This document shows positions 38,937-47,581 of a stretch of 64,000 nt of DNA, piece after piece. Under the pieces are notes generated by a model. It had not been told where the DNA came from and searched no databases. It saw nothing but the letters and a program-made list of their open reading frames with translations. Both the position numbers and the translations under genes were made by a program. The DNA lies in IMG/VR virus record IMGVR_UViG_3300005466_000025, positions 38,757 to 102,756 of that record. One strand, 5' to 3'. Positions within the stretch are counted from its first letter, which is position 1; each line of letters begins with the position of its first letter. Source of the stretch: a virus.

Positions 38937-40166
38937 TTGGACTTTGAACGAAAACTGATAAACGCTACTGCCCAACGAAGTAATGTTGAGTCCCTACTTT
39001 TGGACGGAATTTCAGAGACTCATTTTGCTGACGAGGAAAATGTAGCAATCTTTAACTTCATGACGGACCACTTCAGGAAGTACAAAACTTCCCCGTCCCT
39101 AGAAGTTGTTAAGGAGGCCTTCCCTGAACACCTGTTTGAAACTGAACAGGACACATTGCAATATCTTAAGGATGAATTTCTAAAGGTAGTTAAAAGACGA
39201 TATGCAATGCAGGCTATTTGGGACCTTGCTGAAGCTGTAGATGATAAGGAATTAGTGGGTAATATTGATGCCCTATTCCTAGAAAAATCTAGGGAACTTG
39301 CACAGATTGTTCCTGTAACACAGCTTAGTAAGTTCTCCGATATGGATAAGAGAATTCTATCCTATGAATCAGGGGATGATATTGTTGATGGAATCTTCAT
39401 GGGAATTCCTGACTTTGACTTCCTTACTTCCGGAATTCAGGCTCATGAATATGTAACAATTTCCGGATTCTCAGGGACAGGTAAGTCAACCCTTGCACAG
39501 TGGATGTTATTCAATGCATATATGCAAGGAAAAACACCCATGTATATCTCCCTTGAAATGGAGGCAAAGGCCCTTCTTAGAAAGTGGGATACCATGGCAA
39601 TGAACTTTGAATATCATCGACTGAAAAGGCAGAGACTAAGTGAAGAGGATATTGAACGCTGGAAGGAACGGGCTGATGCTGTTAAAAGCGCAGATAATGA
39701 TATCATCATTCTGGATGATGTCGCTGGCTGCACTGTTGACCGCGTATATGCTGAGCTTACTAGGTATCAACCCGATATTTTGTGCATTGACTACATCACT
39801 CTTATGGATACACCTCGCTCTGCTGGTGGAACGCAGATGTGGGAGAAAGTCGTCACCCTTACCCGACAACTCAAACAGACAAGTCGGACTCTGGGAATTC
39901 CTATCATAGGAGTAGCTCAGACAAACAGATCAGGATATCAAACAGGCGCTCAGTTGGACAACATTGCGTTCTCCCAGAGCATCGTGAACGATTCTGATAT
40001 AATCCTCGGGTTGGGAGCACCGGACGAGGAGAGCAAGAGGAACAATAAAATGACGGTGCGGTTACTTAAAAACAGGGACGGACAGGTTAAGGAAACTGAC
40101 CTACTATGGAAGATGGATACCATGGAATTCGGCCCGTGGAAAGAGGCTTACGCCTTTACTAACTAA
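38937..40166 (+). CDS. dnaB: DnaB-like replicative helicase
   Basis: GFSGTGKS, ISLEM, IDYI, AQTNR, KNRDG. Confidence 0.9.
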   Translation: MDFERKLINATAQRSNVESLLLDGISETHFADEENVAIFNFMTDHFRKYKTSPSLEVVKEAFPEHLFETEQDTLQYLKDEFLKVVKRRYAMQAIWDLAEAVDDKELVGNIDALFLEKSRELAQIVPVTQLSKFSDMDKRILSYESGDDIVDGIFMGIPDFDFLTSGIQAHEYVTISGFSGTGKSTLAQWMLFNAYMQGKTPMYISLEMEAKALLRKWDTMAMNFEYHRLKRQRLSEEDIERWKERADAVKSADNDIIILDDVAGCTVDRVYAELTRYQPDILCIDYITLMDTPRSAGGTQMWEKVVTLTRQLKQTSRTLGIPIIGVAQTNRSGYQTGAQLDNIAFSQSIVNDSDIILGLGAPDEESKRNNKMTVRLLKNRDGQVKETDLLWKMDTMEFGPWKEAYAFTN

Positions 40167-40186
40167 GAAGGAGAGTAACAAAGTAA

Positions 40187-40831
40187 ATGAAAAAGCTAAT
40201 TGCTTTTATCACAGTGGGGGTTGCTTTAGTTGCCGCTTCAGCATCATCGGCCACAGTTGACAAGATTACTATTTGTCACGGAGCAGGGCAGGAGGGAACG
40301 ACTCAGTATGTCACCCTTGAACTGCCATATGAGGCTGTTTATGGACAGGGCGGTCATTTCAATGAAAATGGAACGACCCAGGCTGGACATGAACAGGATT
40401 ATCTAGGGGAGTGTCAGGGAACAGAGGAACCACCAGTTGATCCCCCTGTTGACCCGCCAGTTAATCCTCCCGTTGTACCTCCTGTAGTTCAGGACTGTGT
40501 ATATACGGGTGCCGGTAAGGATGGACAGGTTGATGCATTTGGAGGAAGCAATAATGATTGTGCCCCTCTGCCTGGACCGCCTGTGGTAACAACAACTCCA
40601 CCAAGTGAACGAACTGTAATTGTGGAGAAGGTAGTCTTTAAGGATAAAATCGTTAATGTCGTAAAGATCAAGTATAAGACAAAGGTCAAGACGGTAGTTA
40701 AATACAAGACAATTGTCAAGACGGTGAAGGTGAAGGTATTTGTTCCTAGACCTGACAAGCCAACCGTCAAGAAGTGCCCACCATTCACAAAGCTCTACAA
40801 GGGCATTTGTGCCGCGATGGGTAACGGATAA
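40187..40831 (+). CDS. secreted Pro/Val/Lys-rich protein
   Basis: signal peptide; KITICH; PPVD repeats; KTVVKYK repeats. Confidence 0.7.
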   Translation: MKKLIAFITVGVALVAASASSATVDKITICHGAGQEGTTQYVTLELPYEAVYGQGGHFNENGTTQAGHEQDYLGECQGTEEPPVDPPVDPPVNPPVVPPVVQDCVYTGAGKDGQVDAFGGSNNDCAPLPGPPVVTTTPPSERTVIVEKVVFKDKIVNVVKIKYKTKVKTVVKYKTIVKTVKVKVFVPRPDKPTVKKCPPFTKLYKGICAAMGNG

Positions 40832-41395
40832 ATGAAATACTACGCGGGCATAGGTTCAAGAAAAACTCCTAAGGATATCCTTGACCTAATGCATTCAATT
40901 GCCCGTGGCCTGTATCACCAGGGGTATACGCTCAGATCGGGCGGTGCCCCTGGTGCAGATCAGGCTTTTGAATGGGGTGTGTGGAACTCAACACAACGGG
41001 AAGTATTTATTAATCCTGGAATAACCCCAACGGAAATCTTTCTTCCTTGGAAATCCTTTGAGGAAGGAACGAGGCCTCCTTTCATTCCAAAGCTAGAGGA
41101 ACCACAGAAGGAAGCCTATAATATTGCCGCCGAGTTTCATCCCCAATGGAAGTTTCTAAAGTGGGGCGCAAAGAAACTACAGGCACGCAATGTTCATCAA
41201 GTTTTGGGGCCGGATGTAACCAATCCAACCCCGTCAGAATTTATCATTTGTTGGACTCCCAAGGCCGCTGGTTCAGGGGGAACAGGACAGGCTATTCGTA
41301 TCGCCAAAGCCTGGGAGGTTCCTGTTTATGATCTTGCAGATGATCAACAATTATTTGAACTGAAGGTGAGGCTAAATGGAAGCTTTATCATTTGA
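40832..41395 (+). CDS. SLOG/DprA-like nucleotide-binding protein
   Basis: YAGIGSRKTP, LRSGGAPGAD, ARN, GGTGQAIRIA. Confidence 0.8.
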   Translation: MKYYAGIGSRKTPKDILDLMHSIARGLYHQGYTLRSGGAPGADQAFEWGVWNSTQREVFINPGITPTEIFLPWKSFEEGTRPPFIPKLEEPQKEAYNIAAEFHPQWKFLKWGAKKLQARNVHQVLGPDVTNPTPSEFIICWTPKAAGSGGTGQAIRIAKAWEVPVYDLADDQQLFELKVRLNGSFII

Positions 41396-42344
41396 CGATG
41401 TTCTACTTGTACCTCAGTATAGTGATGTTCGTAGCCGCAGGGATATTAGTCTTGACTCACTTGTAACAAACAATATTGGAGTCACATTCCCTATTATTTC
41501 CGCAAATATGCCGAGTGTTACAGGACCCAGGCTTGCCGCCAACATGTGGCACCTTGGAGGGTTCAGTATCCTTCCAAGATTCAATACCATAGGTGCGGCC
41601 GTTATGGATTATAGGGCTGTCGTTCTTGACGGTGCCAATTGTGGTGTATCACTGGGACTTGACTCCGAGGAGACAGGCAAAAGATATGAGGCACTATATA
41701 AGGAGGGTGCCAGAATTTTTTGTATTGATGTTGCCCACGGCCATCATGAACGGATGGTCAATATGATCAAAGCTGTTAAAGGATGGTATGAGGATGTGGA
41801 AGTTATTGCGGGAAATGTTGCCACTAGTTCTGGTTGCGTTGACCTTGCCGAAGCGGGTGCGGACGCGATCAAAGTTGGTATTGGTCCGGGGGCGGCATGT
41901 ACCACCAGGGAAGTCACAGGATTCGGAGTCCCACAACTCACAGCCCTAGAGGAGTGTGTGAGGGTCAAGGAATTATTTCCAAATATTAAGATCATTGCTG
42001 ATGGTGGAATCAAAAACTCCGGGGATATTGTCAAGGCACTTGCCTTTGGTGCTGACACCGTGATGCTTGGTAGGCTCCTGGCTGGTGCCAAGGAGGCCCC
42101 ACACCCTGGTCAATACTTCGGCAACGCATCTGCTAGAATAAGGGACTACAGGGCACCGGAGGGTGTTGAAGGTCAAGTTGAGGTTGAGGGTTTCCTAGAG
42201 GATATAATCAAGAATTTGACCTGGGGAATTAGATCAGGTCTGTCCTATGCAGGGGTGTCCTCAATCTATCATCTACATAGTAAGGACATTGAATATACTA
42301 TTGTAAGTCCACAGACAATGACTGAGACAAGGACAAGGATTTAA
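41376..42344 (+). CDS. guaB: IMP dehydrogenase/GMP reductase family protein (no CBS domain)
   Basis: LSFDDVLLVP, SANM, DVAHGH, KVGIGPGAACTTR, ADGGI, PEGV. Confidence 0.85.
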   Translation: MEALSFDDVLLVPQYSDVRSRRDISLDSLVTNNIGVTFPIISANMPSVTGPRLAANMWHLGGFSILPRFNTIGAAVMDYRAVVLDGANCGVSLGLDSEETGKRYEALYKEGARIFCIDVAHGHHERMVNMIKAVKGWYEDVEVIAGNVATSSGCVDLAEAGADAIKVGIGPGAACTTREVTGFGVPQLTALEECVRVKELFPNIKIIADGGIKNSGDIVKALAFGADTVMLGRLLAGAKEAPHPGQYFGNASARIRDYRAPEGVEGQVEVEGFLEDIIKNLTWGIRSGLSYAGVSSIYHLHSKDIEYTIVSPQTMTETRTRI

Positions 42345-43084
42345 TGGAAGTTATTATTCACAAGGACGACGCATACAGCATGGACACATACATGGAGTCA
42401 GATGGAATCGGGGTGCTGGATCACGGAAAGGTTTCCCTGATTGCTGAAAGTGCTGATGATCTAGATGTAGTGAACGCCGCAAGGGTTTCCCTTCACGCTG
42501 AGTCATATGAAATGAGTGAAGGGGACGCCGGACTAATTAGATACCTAATGAGGGAAAGGCATGGTACACCATTTGAACATGGTTTCTTCAAATTCAGAAT
42601 CAAGGCCCCGCTCTTTGTATTCAGAGAGTGGCACCGTCATCGTGTGGGGCATTCCTATAACGAGTGGTCTGCTCGTTATTCTCAGCTTGATCCTGTATTT
42701 TACATCCCCAAAGTCGAGGACGTAGTAACACAACAGGGTAAGCCAGGGAACTATGAATTTGCTCAACACTATGATAATAAAGTTTCCAATAAATATATCG
42801 AGAGTCTTCAACACATGTCGGCCCTGGCATATAACGAATATAAGAAAGCCTTGGCTAATGGAATCGCCAAGCAACAGGCTCGTCTATTTCTTCCGGTAAA
42901 CATTTATAGTGAAATGATATGGTCATGCAATCCACGATCACTGATGCATTTCTGCTCTTTGCGAAATTCTAACAATGCTCAGGCAGAGATTAGAGAGTAT
43001 GCACAGGTGGTTGAAGGTTTCTTCCTTGCTACAATGCCTATCACTGCAACGGCATTTATAGACTCAGGTCGAGTCGCGCCATAA
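42344..43084 (+). CDS. thyX: flavin-dependent thymidylate synthase
   Basis: HGTPFEH, RHR...SYNEWSARY, AQAEIR. Confidence 0.95.
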   Translation: MEVIIHKDDAYSMDTYMESDGIGVLDHGKVSLIAESADDLDVVNAARVSLHAESYEMSEGDAGLIRYLMRERHGTPFEHGFFKFRIKAPLFVFREWHRHRVGHSYNEWSARYSQLDPVFYIPKVEDVVTQQGKPGNYEFAQHYDNKVSNKYIESLQHMSALAYNEYKKALANGIAKQQARLFLPVNIYSEMIWSCNPRSLMHFCSLRNSNNAQAEIREYAQVVEGFFLATMPITATAFIDSGRVAP

Positions 43085-43104
43085 TCACTCAAGGAGAGGT
43101 TTAT

Positions 43105-44904
43105 ATGGAAGAACTAGTGGCCGAACTCGGTTCGGAGGAAACCCCATTTCAATTGGACGATCTGGGCGAGGATGTATTCAGAAGATCATACGCATATGAC
43201 AAGGAGGAAACCTGGGAGCAAGCATCCCTTAGGGTTTCAAGACATGTAGCGGAGGCCGAGGACAATGGAAAGCGAATTAAGTGGACTGAGCGATTTTATA
43301 ACGAGCTTGTTACGAACAGATTTATGCCTGGGGGACGAATATGGTACTCTGCTGGTCGTAACAAGGCACAAAGCCTTAATTGCTTTGTCATTCCAGTATC
43401 AGACTCTAGAGAAGGATGGGGCCAGATGCTTAAGGAATCTATTATTATTTCTGGCACCGGAGGAGGCGTTGGAATTAACTTCTCTCCGATCAGACCAAAC
43501 GGAAGTGAAATTAAGGGTACCGGAGGCTACGCTACTGGACCAGTTTCCCTTATGCGTATGGACGACGGAGTGGGTCTAGAACTTGTAGCAGGCGGCGGTA
43601 GAAGAATGGCTAAAATGTCCTGCCTGGATATTGATCATCCCGACGTAATGGAGTTTCTCAATTCAAAATTAGAAGATGGAAAACTATCAACTACAAACAT
43701 ATCAGTTGTCATCAATTTCAATCCAACCGAATTTGTTGAACTTGTTAAGAATGATGGGGATATCGAACTCAGTTGGAACGGAGTTAAGACCGGAGAGACA
43801 ATTAAGGCCAAGGTCCTATGGGACAAGATCGTTGAGAACGCATGGAACAATGGGGAACCAGGAGTTCTAAATGGATACCTCGCTAACCAACAGAATAATA
43901 TCGCCTATTCTAAGCCTCTTATCAGCACTAACCCGTGCGGTGAAATTTGGTTGGAGGCATACGGTTGTTGTTGCCTGGGTGCCCTTGTTCTTCCTCGTTT
44001 TGTCGTGGATGGCAAGGTGGACTGGGAGGAATTGGAAAATACCATTCGCGTTGCTGTGCGTTTCCTTGATAATGTCCTTAGTGTCAATCATTACCCTTTC
44101 GATAAGATCAGAGAGAATTGTGAGGAAGTACGACGAATAGGAATGGGTGTTATGGGACTCCACACAATGATGTTGGAGTTGGGAATCAAGTATTCCTCTG
44201 ACGAGGCGCTTGAGTTCATTGACAAGCTATTCTCATTCATTAAGAACACAGCCTATGACACATCAATCAGTCTTGCTATTGAGAAGGGTCCATTCCCTGG
44301 CTTCAAGCCGGAATTTGTTGACTCAGGATTCATGAAGACTGTTAAGCCAGCATTAAGACGCAAGGTGAGGGAGTATGGAATTAGGAATTGCGCTATTCTT
44401 ACTGTTGCTCCTACTGGAACTACTGGCATTGTTAGCGGTGTTTCCACAGGGATCGAACCATACATGGCGGGAGTCTATTGGAGAAAAATCAAGACCGTGG
44501 ACGCGAAACAGAAGACTGTTATCAAGCGCGTTCTTGTTGTGGAGCCTGCTTACGATATATATGGTGATCTGTGCGAGGGTGCTGCGGATATTCCAGTAGA
44601 GAAACACTTCGCCGTACAGAAGGCAGTGCAGAAGCACGTTGACAATGCGGTATCAAAGACAATTAACCTTCCAAATGATTACCCGATGGATGATCTGTCG
44701 GAACTCTGGTTGGAATATCTCCCCTTCCTTAAGGGAAGTACATTCTATAGATGGGGAAGCAGGGAGAACGAACCGTTTGAGCCTGTCCTCATGAAGGATG
44801 TTGATTTGGTTCTCAGTGAGACACCGGAGGATATGATCATGCGGAAGGAACGCACAGAGGAGCAGAACGCCATGGATTGTGTCGATGGAGTCTGCGCCAT
44901 TTAA
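43105..44904 (+). CDS. nrdJ: class II (B12-dependent) ribonucleotide reductase
   Basis: PGGR, NCFV, TNPCGE, APTGT, SKTIN, C-terminal CxxGxC; no beta subunit nearby. Confidence 0.85.
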   Translation: MEELVAELGSEETPFQLDDLGEDVFRRSYAYDKEETWEQASLRVSRHVAEAEDNGKRIKWTERFYNELVTNRFMPGGRIWYSAGRNKAQSLNCFVIPVSDSREGWGQMLKESIIISGTGGGVGINFSPIRPNGSEIKGTGGYATGPVSLMRMDDGVGLELVAGGGRRMAKMSCLDIDHPDVMEFLNSKLEDGKLSTTNISVVINFNPTEFVELVKNDGDIELSWNGVKTGETIKAKVLWDKIVENAWNNGEPGVLNGYLANQQNNIAYSKPLISTNPCGEIWLEAYGCCCLGALVLPRFVVDGKVDWEELENTIRVAVRFLDNVLSVNHYPFDKIRENCEEVRRIGMGVMGLHTMMLELGIKYSSDEALEFIDKLFSFIKNTAYDTSISLAIEKGPFPGFKPEFVDSGFMKTVKPALRRKVREYGIRNCAILTVAPTGTTGIVSGVSTGIEPYMAGVYWRKIKTVDAKQKTVIKRVLVVEPAYDIYGDLCEGAADIPVEKHFAVQKAVQKHVDNAVSKTINLPNDYPMDDLSELWLEYLPFLKGSTFYRWGSRENEPFEPVLMKDVDLVLSETPEDMIMRKERTEEQNAMDCVDGVCAI

Positions 44905-45092
44905 TGAATAAATATAGACGCTGTGATATATGCAAGACCCGCCTCGCAGGTAAAAAGGGCCACGGATTTGTCGTCAACAACGGCAAGTCCCTGGTCTGCG
45001 GGGATTATAGAAGGCATAATAGAATAAAACAAGGAAGGAAATTTTACTATGGCAACGAAGAAGAAGCCGAAGCCACAGAAGCCGAAGCCTAG
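44904..45092 (+). CDS. small zinc-binding hypothetical protein
   Basis: TAATG coupling; CDIC..C. Confidence 0.45.
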   Translation: MNKYRRCDICKTRLAGKKGHGFVVNNGKSLVCGDYRRHNRIKQGRKFYYGNEEEAEATEAEA

Positions 45093-45281
45093 ATACTAAT
45101 GATACTCAGAACAGCCTTGGCTGAAATTAGTGTGTCTAATCTAAGGGAGGTAATTCCTGAGGCCACATTCTCACCTGGAAATTGGTACGATGAGTGTGCA
45201 TCCAGGCCCATGACCCTAGATGTTAACTTATGGTACGAACTACGCAGTGAGTCCCCAGGTGTGATATACTTACCACTACGC

Positions 45282-45620
45282 GGGGCCGAACAGGTTTCGA
45301 CGGATAGACGGAGTGAACAGTTTGCATCGGTTTGAGACACCTTAATCTCACGGTAGAAAATAAATGCAGATAATACATCTGACCTGACTGTTTCTAAGTC
45401 TCGCTTCGGCGCAGCATTTAGAACCGCAACAGTCGCAGTCGCTTAACACTGGTCAACACAAGTTAAGCTGGCGCTCCCGGAAACGGGGCAAAGAAATACT
45501 CTTTCTTAGTTTAAGACGAAACTAAGTGGTGGACCTGATCGCACCAACGGTCGCCCCCAAGATGCTCAAAGAATTGTTTGCAAAGCTAGACGGACCCGAG
45601 TTCGATTCTCGGCGGCTCCA
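45282..45620 (+). ncRNA. ssrA: tmRNA
   Basis: 5' GGGGCCGAACAGGTTTCGAC; 3' T-arm CCGAGTTCGATTCTCGG + CGGCTCCA; G3:U70; resume context ATAAAT-GCA; tag ADNTSDLTVSKSRFGAAFRTATVAVA* at 45366-45446; TGATATACT promoter upstream. Confidence 0.92.
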
Positions 45621-45621
45621 T

Positions 45622-45801
45622 ATGACAAATAAGGCAGTAGACATTCTGCAATCCCAACTTAATGCGTGGCTTGAAGTTGAACGCAGAGCAACTTCGGAAA
45701 TTGCAAGAGTCACAAATGAACTAGAGGGACTAGAAGAGAAGCTTGATGAGTCCAAGGACACTATTAAGCAGATTAAAGAGGCACTTAAACTTCTTAAATG
45801 A
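45622..45801 (+). CDS. small coiled-coil protein
   Basis: ATG directly after the tmRNA; ATGA overlap with primase. Confidence 0.55.
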   Translation: MTNKAVDILQSQLNAWLEVERRATSEIARVTNELEGLEEKLDESKDTIKQIKEALKLLK

Positions 45802-46835
45802 TCCATTTTGACTACAGCAAGATAGATGTAGAGGATTATCTTCACGAACTAGGACTAAACAATGTATCCCGCAAGGGTGATCAGGTCTGGTTCAGTTGCC
45901 CTCTATCGGGACACATGGGGGTTGATAAAACTCCCAGTGCCTCCATGGAAATCGGCACAACAAGGATGCATTGCTTTGGATGTAACTTCAATGGCAATGC
46001 CGTTTCATTTCTTTCTGAGCTAGAGGGAGTTAGTCCCCTCAAGGCCCGAAAGTGGCTGCGGGACAGATTCAACATGGGTTCCTTTGAACCGAAGGAAGGT
46101 TTTAAGGAACTCATTGACAAGAAGCTAGAGAGGATTCAAAAACACGCCGAGGAAATTAAGCGCAAAAGACAAACACATTCTACACTATTAGATGAGCGTG
46201 AAATAACAAAAAGAAATGTAGATTGGTACAAAGTTTTTGAGCAATGGAGTGGTAATATGGAGGAAGCTTATCCCCTAGCCTACATGTTAGATCGAGGCTT
46301 TCAACCGACTACTCTTGACAAATGGGCCATCGGATGGGACATGATTAGCCAGAGGATAAGCATCCCTATTCGGGACGAAAATGGAAATCTAGTTGGTTTT
46401 AAGGGTAGAACTGCTAATCCAGATAGACTACCAAGATACAAGGTGCTTGGTGGCGGGGAATATGGATTTGATACCTACAATGTATCCAAGGTGCTATTCG
46501 GATTGCATCTTGTTGAGGACCCGTCTGATTTAATTGTGGTTGAAGGCGAGCTAAATGCCATCGCCATGCAGCAGGCTGGATATACAAATACAGTTGGTAT
46601 ATCAGGGAAGATTCTATCAGATACACAGATAGATTTGATCAAGCTTTATGCCAATCGTGTTACATTCATATTTGATGAGGTAAGGGACACCCATAATGCG
46701 GCGCATCTTCTGCGCCCGTTCATCATGACCTACGTGGCTCCCCCACACAGGCGGGACCCTGCCGACATGGACGAGAAGGAACTTTACGAACTTGTAACAA
46801 ATTCCCGCAGTGCAGTGCTGCTGGATTTGGTATAA
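45798..46835 (+). CDS. dnaG: DNA primase (zinc finger + TOPRIM)
   Basis: CP..H..D.TPS..HCFGC; IPIRD..GF.GR; VVEG. Confidence 0.9.
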   Translation: MIHFDYSKIDVEDYLHELGLNNVSRKGDQVWFSCPLSGHMGVDKTPSASMEIGTTRMHCFGCNFNGNAVSFLSELEGVSPLKARKWLRDRFNMGSFEPKEGFKELIDKKLERIQKHAEEIKRKRQTHSTLLDEREITKRNVDWYKVFEQWSGNMEEAYPLAYMLDRGFQPTTLDKWAIGWDMISQRISIPIRDENGNLVGFKGRTANPDRLPRYKVLGGGEYGFDTYNVSKVLFGLHLVEDPSDLIVVEGELNAIAMQQAGYTNTVGISGKILSDTQIDLIKLYANRVTFIFDEVRDTHNAAHLLRPFIMTYVAPPHRRDPADMDEKELYELVTNSRSAVLLDLV

Positions 46836-46873
46836 TGGTACGACCCTAAGCAAATACAAAAAGGAGAAATAAT

Positions 46874-47581
46874 ATGCCAAAGGGATTTAGCGCGGTTGCC
46901 GCAGCCGCAAAGGACGTTAACGATAGAAAGAATAGTGGCGGCGAATTCGAGAAGAAGAAGTACCTCAGGCTTCCAAAGGATGGCGATAAGGCCACAGTAA
47001 GATTCCTTGAGGCCGGGGAAGATGTAATGTCAGCATGGGTACACGTTGTTCCTCACCCTAAGGTTCAGTGGGGAATTAAGATTCCATGCATCGACCAGGA
47101 TGCCGAAACGGGTGAACGTATTGGCAAGGATTGTCCCGGTTGTGAGAAGGGCTATCGAAGAATGTTCCAGGGTTGGATCAATCTCATTTGGAGGGATGCC
47201 CCTATTTATGAGGTAGATGAAAATGGCAAGCCTGATTTCGATTCCGTGGTAGGCAACGAGGATCAGGTTGTTATTTGGCAGTCCGGAATCAATGTCTTTG
47301 AGGACCTACAAATTCAGGATGAAACATATGGTCTTGACTCAAGGGACTTTGTTGTCCGACGTAGAGGTACAGGCAAGAATACAAGTTACAATGTTCTTGC
47401 TGTGGATGGCGGTCCTACTAAACTCTCCAAGGCTGATGTTGCTCTTGCGGAGGACAAGTATGATCTAAACGCCATTGTTACCGCCCCTGATTATGAGGTT
47501 TGGGGTAGAAGCAAGGATGAAAGTGAGTCTGAGGAACAGGCTCCCGTCAAGGAGTCCCCATTCGCTAGAGCAAGGCGCTAA
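46874..47581 (+). CDS. single-stranded DNA-binding protein (gp32-like)
   Basis: ATVRFL, H, C..CPGC, RGTGKNTSY, acidic C-terminus; own promoter TGGTATAAT. Confidence 0.75.
   Translation: MPKGFSAVAAAAKDVNDRKNSGGEFEKKKYLRLPKDGDKATVRFLEAGEDVMSAWVHVVPHPKVQWGIKIPCIDQDAETGERIGKDCPGCEKGYRRMFQGWINLIWRDAPIYEVDENGKPDFDSVVGNEDQVVIWQSGINVFEDLQIQDETYGLDSRDFVVRRRGTGKNTSYNVLAVDGGPTKLSKADVALAEDKYDLNAIVTAPDYEVWGRSKDESESEEQAPVKESPFARARR

Noticed and set aside
45089-45621. ORFs 45099-45335, 45089-45340 and the N-terminal part of 45526-45801
   Set aside because: They overlap the tmRNA; the credible start of the last one is ATG 45622.
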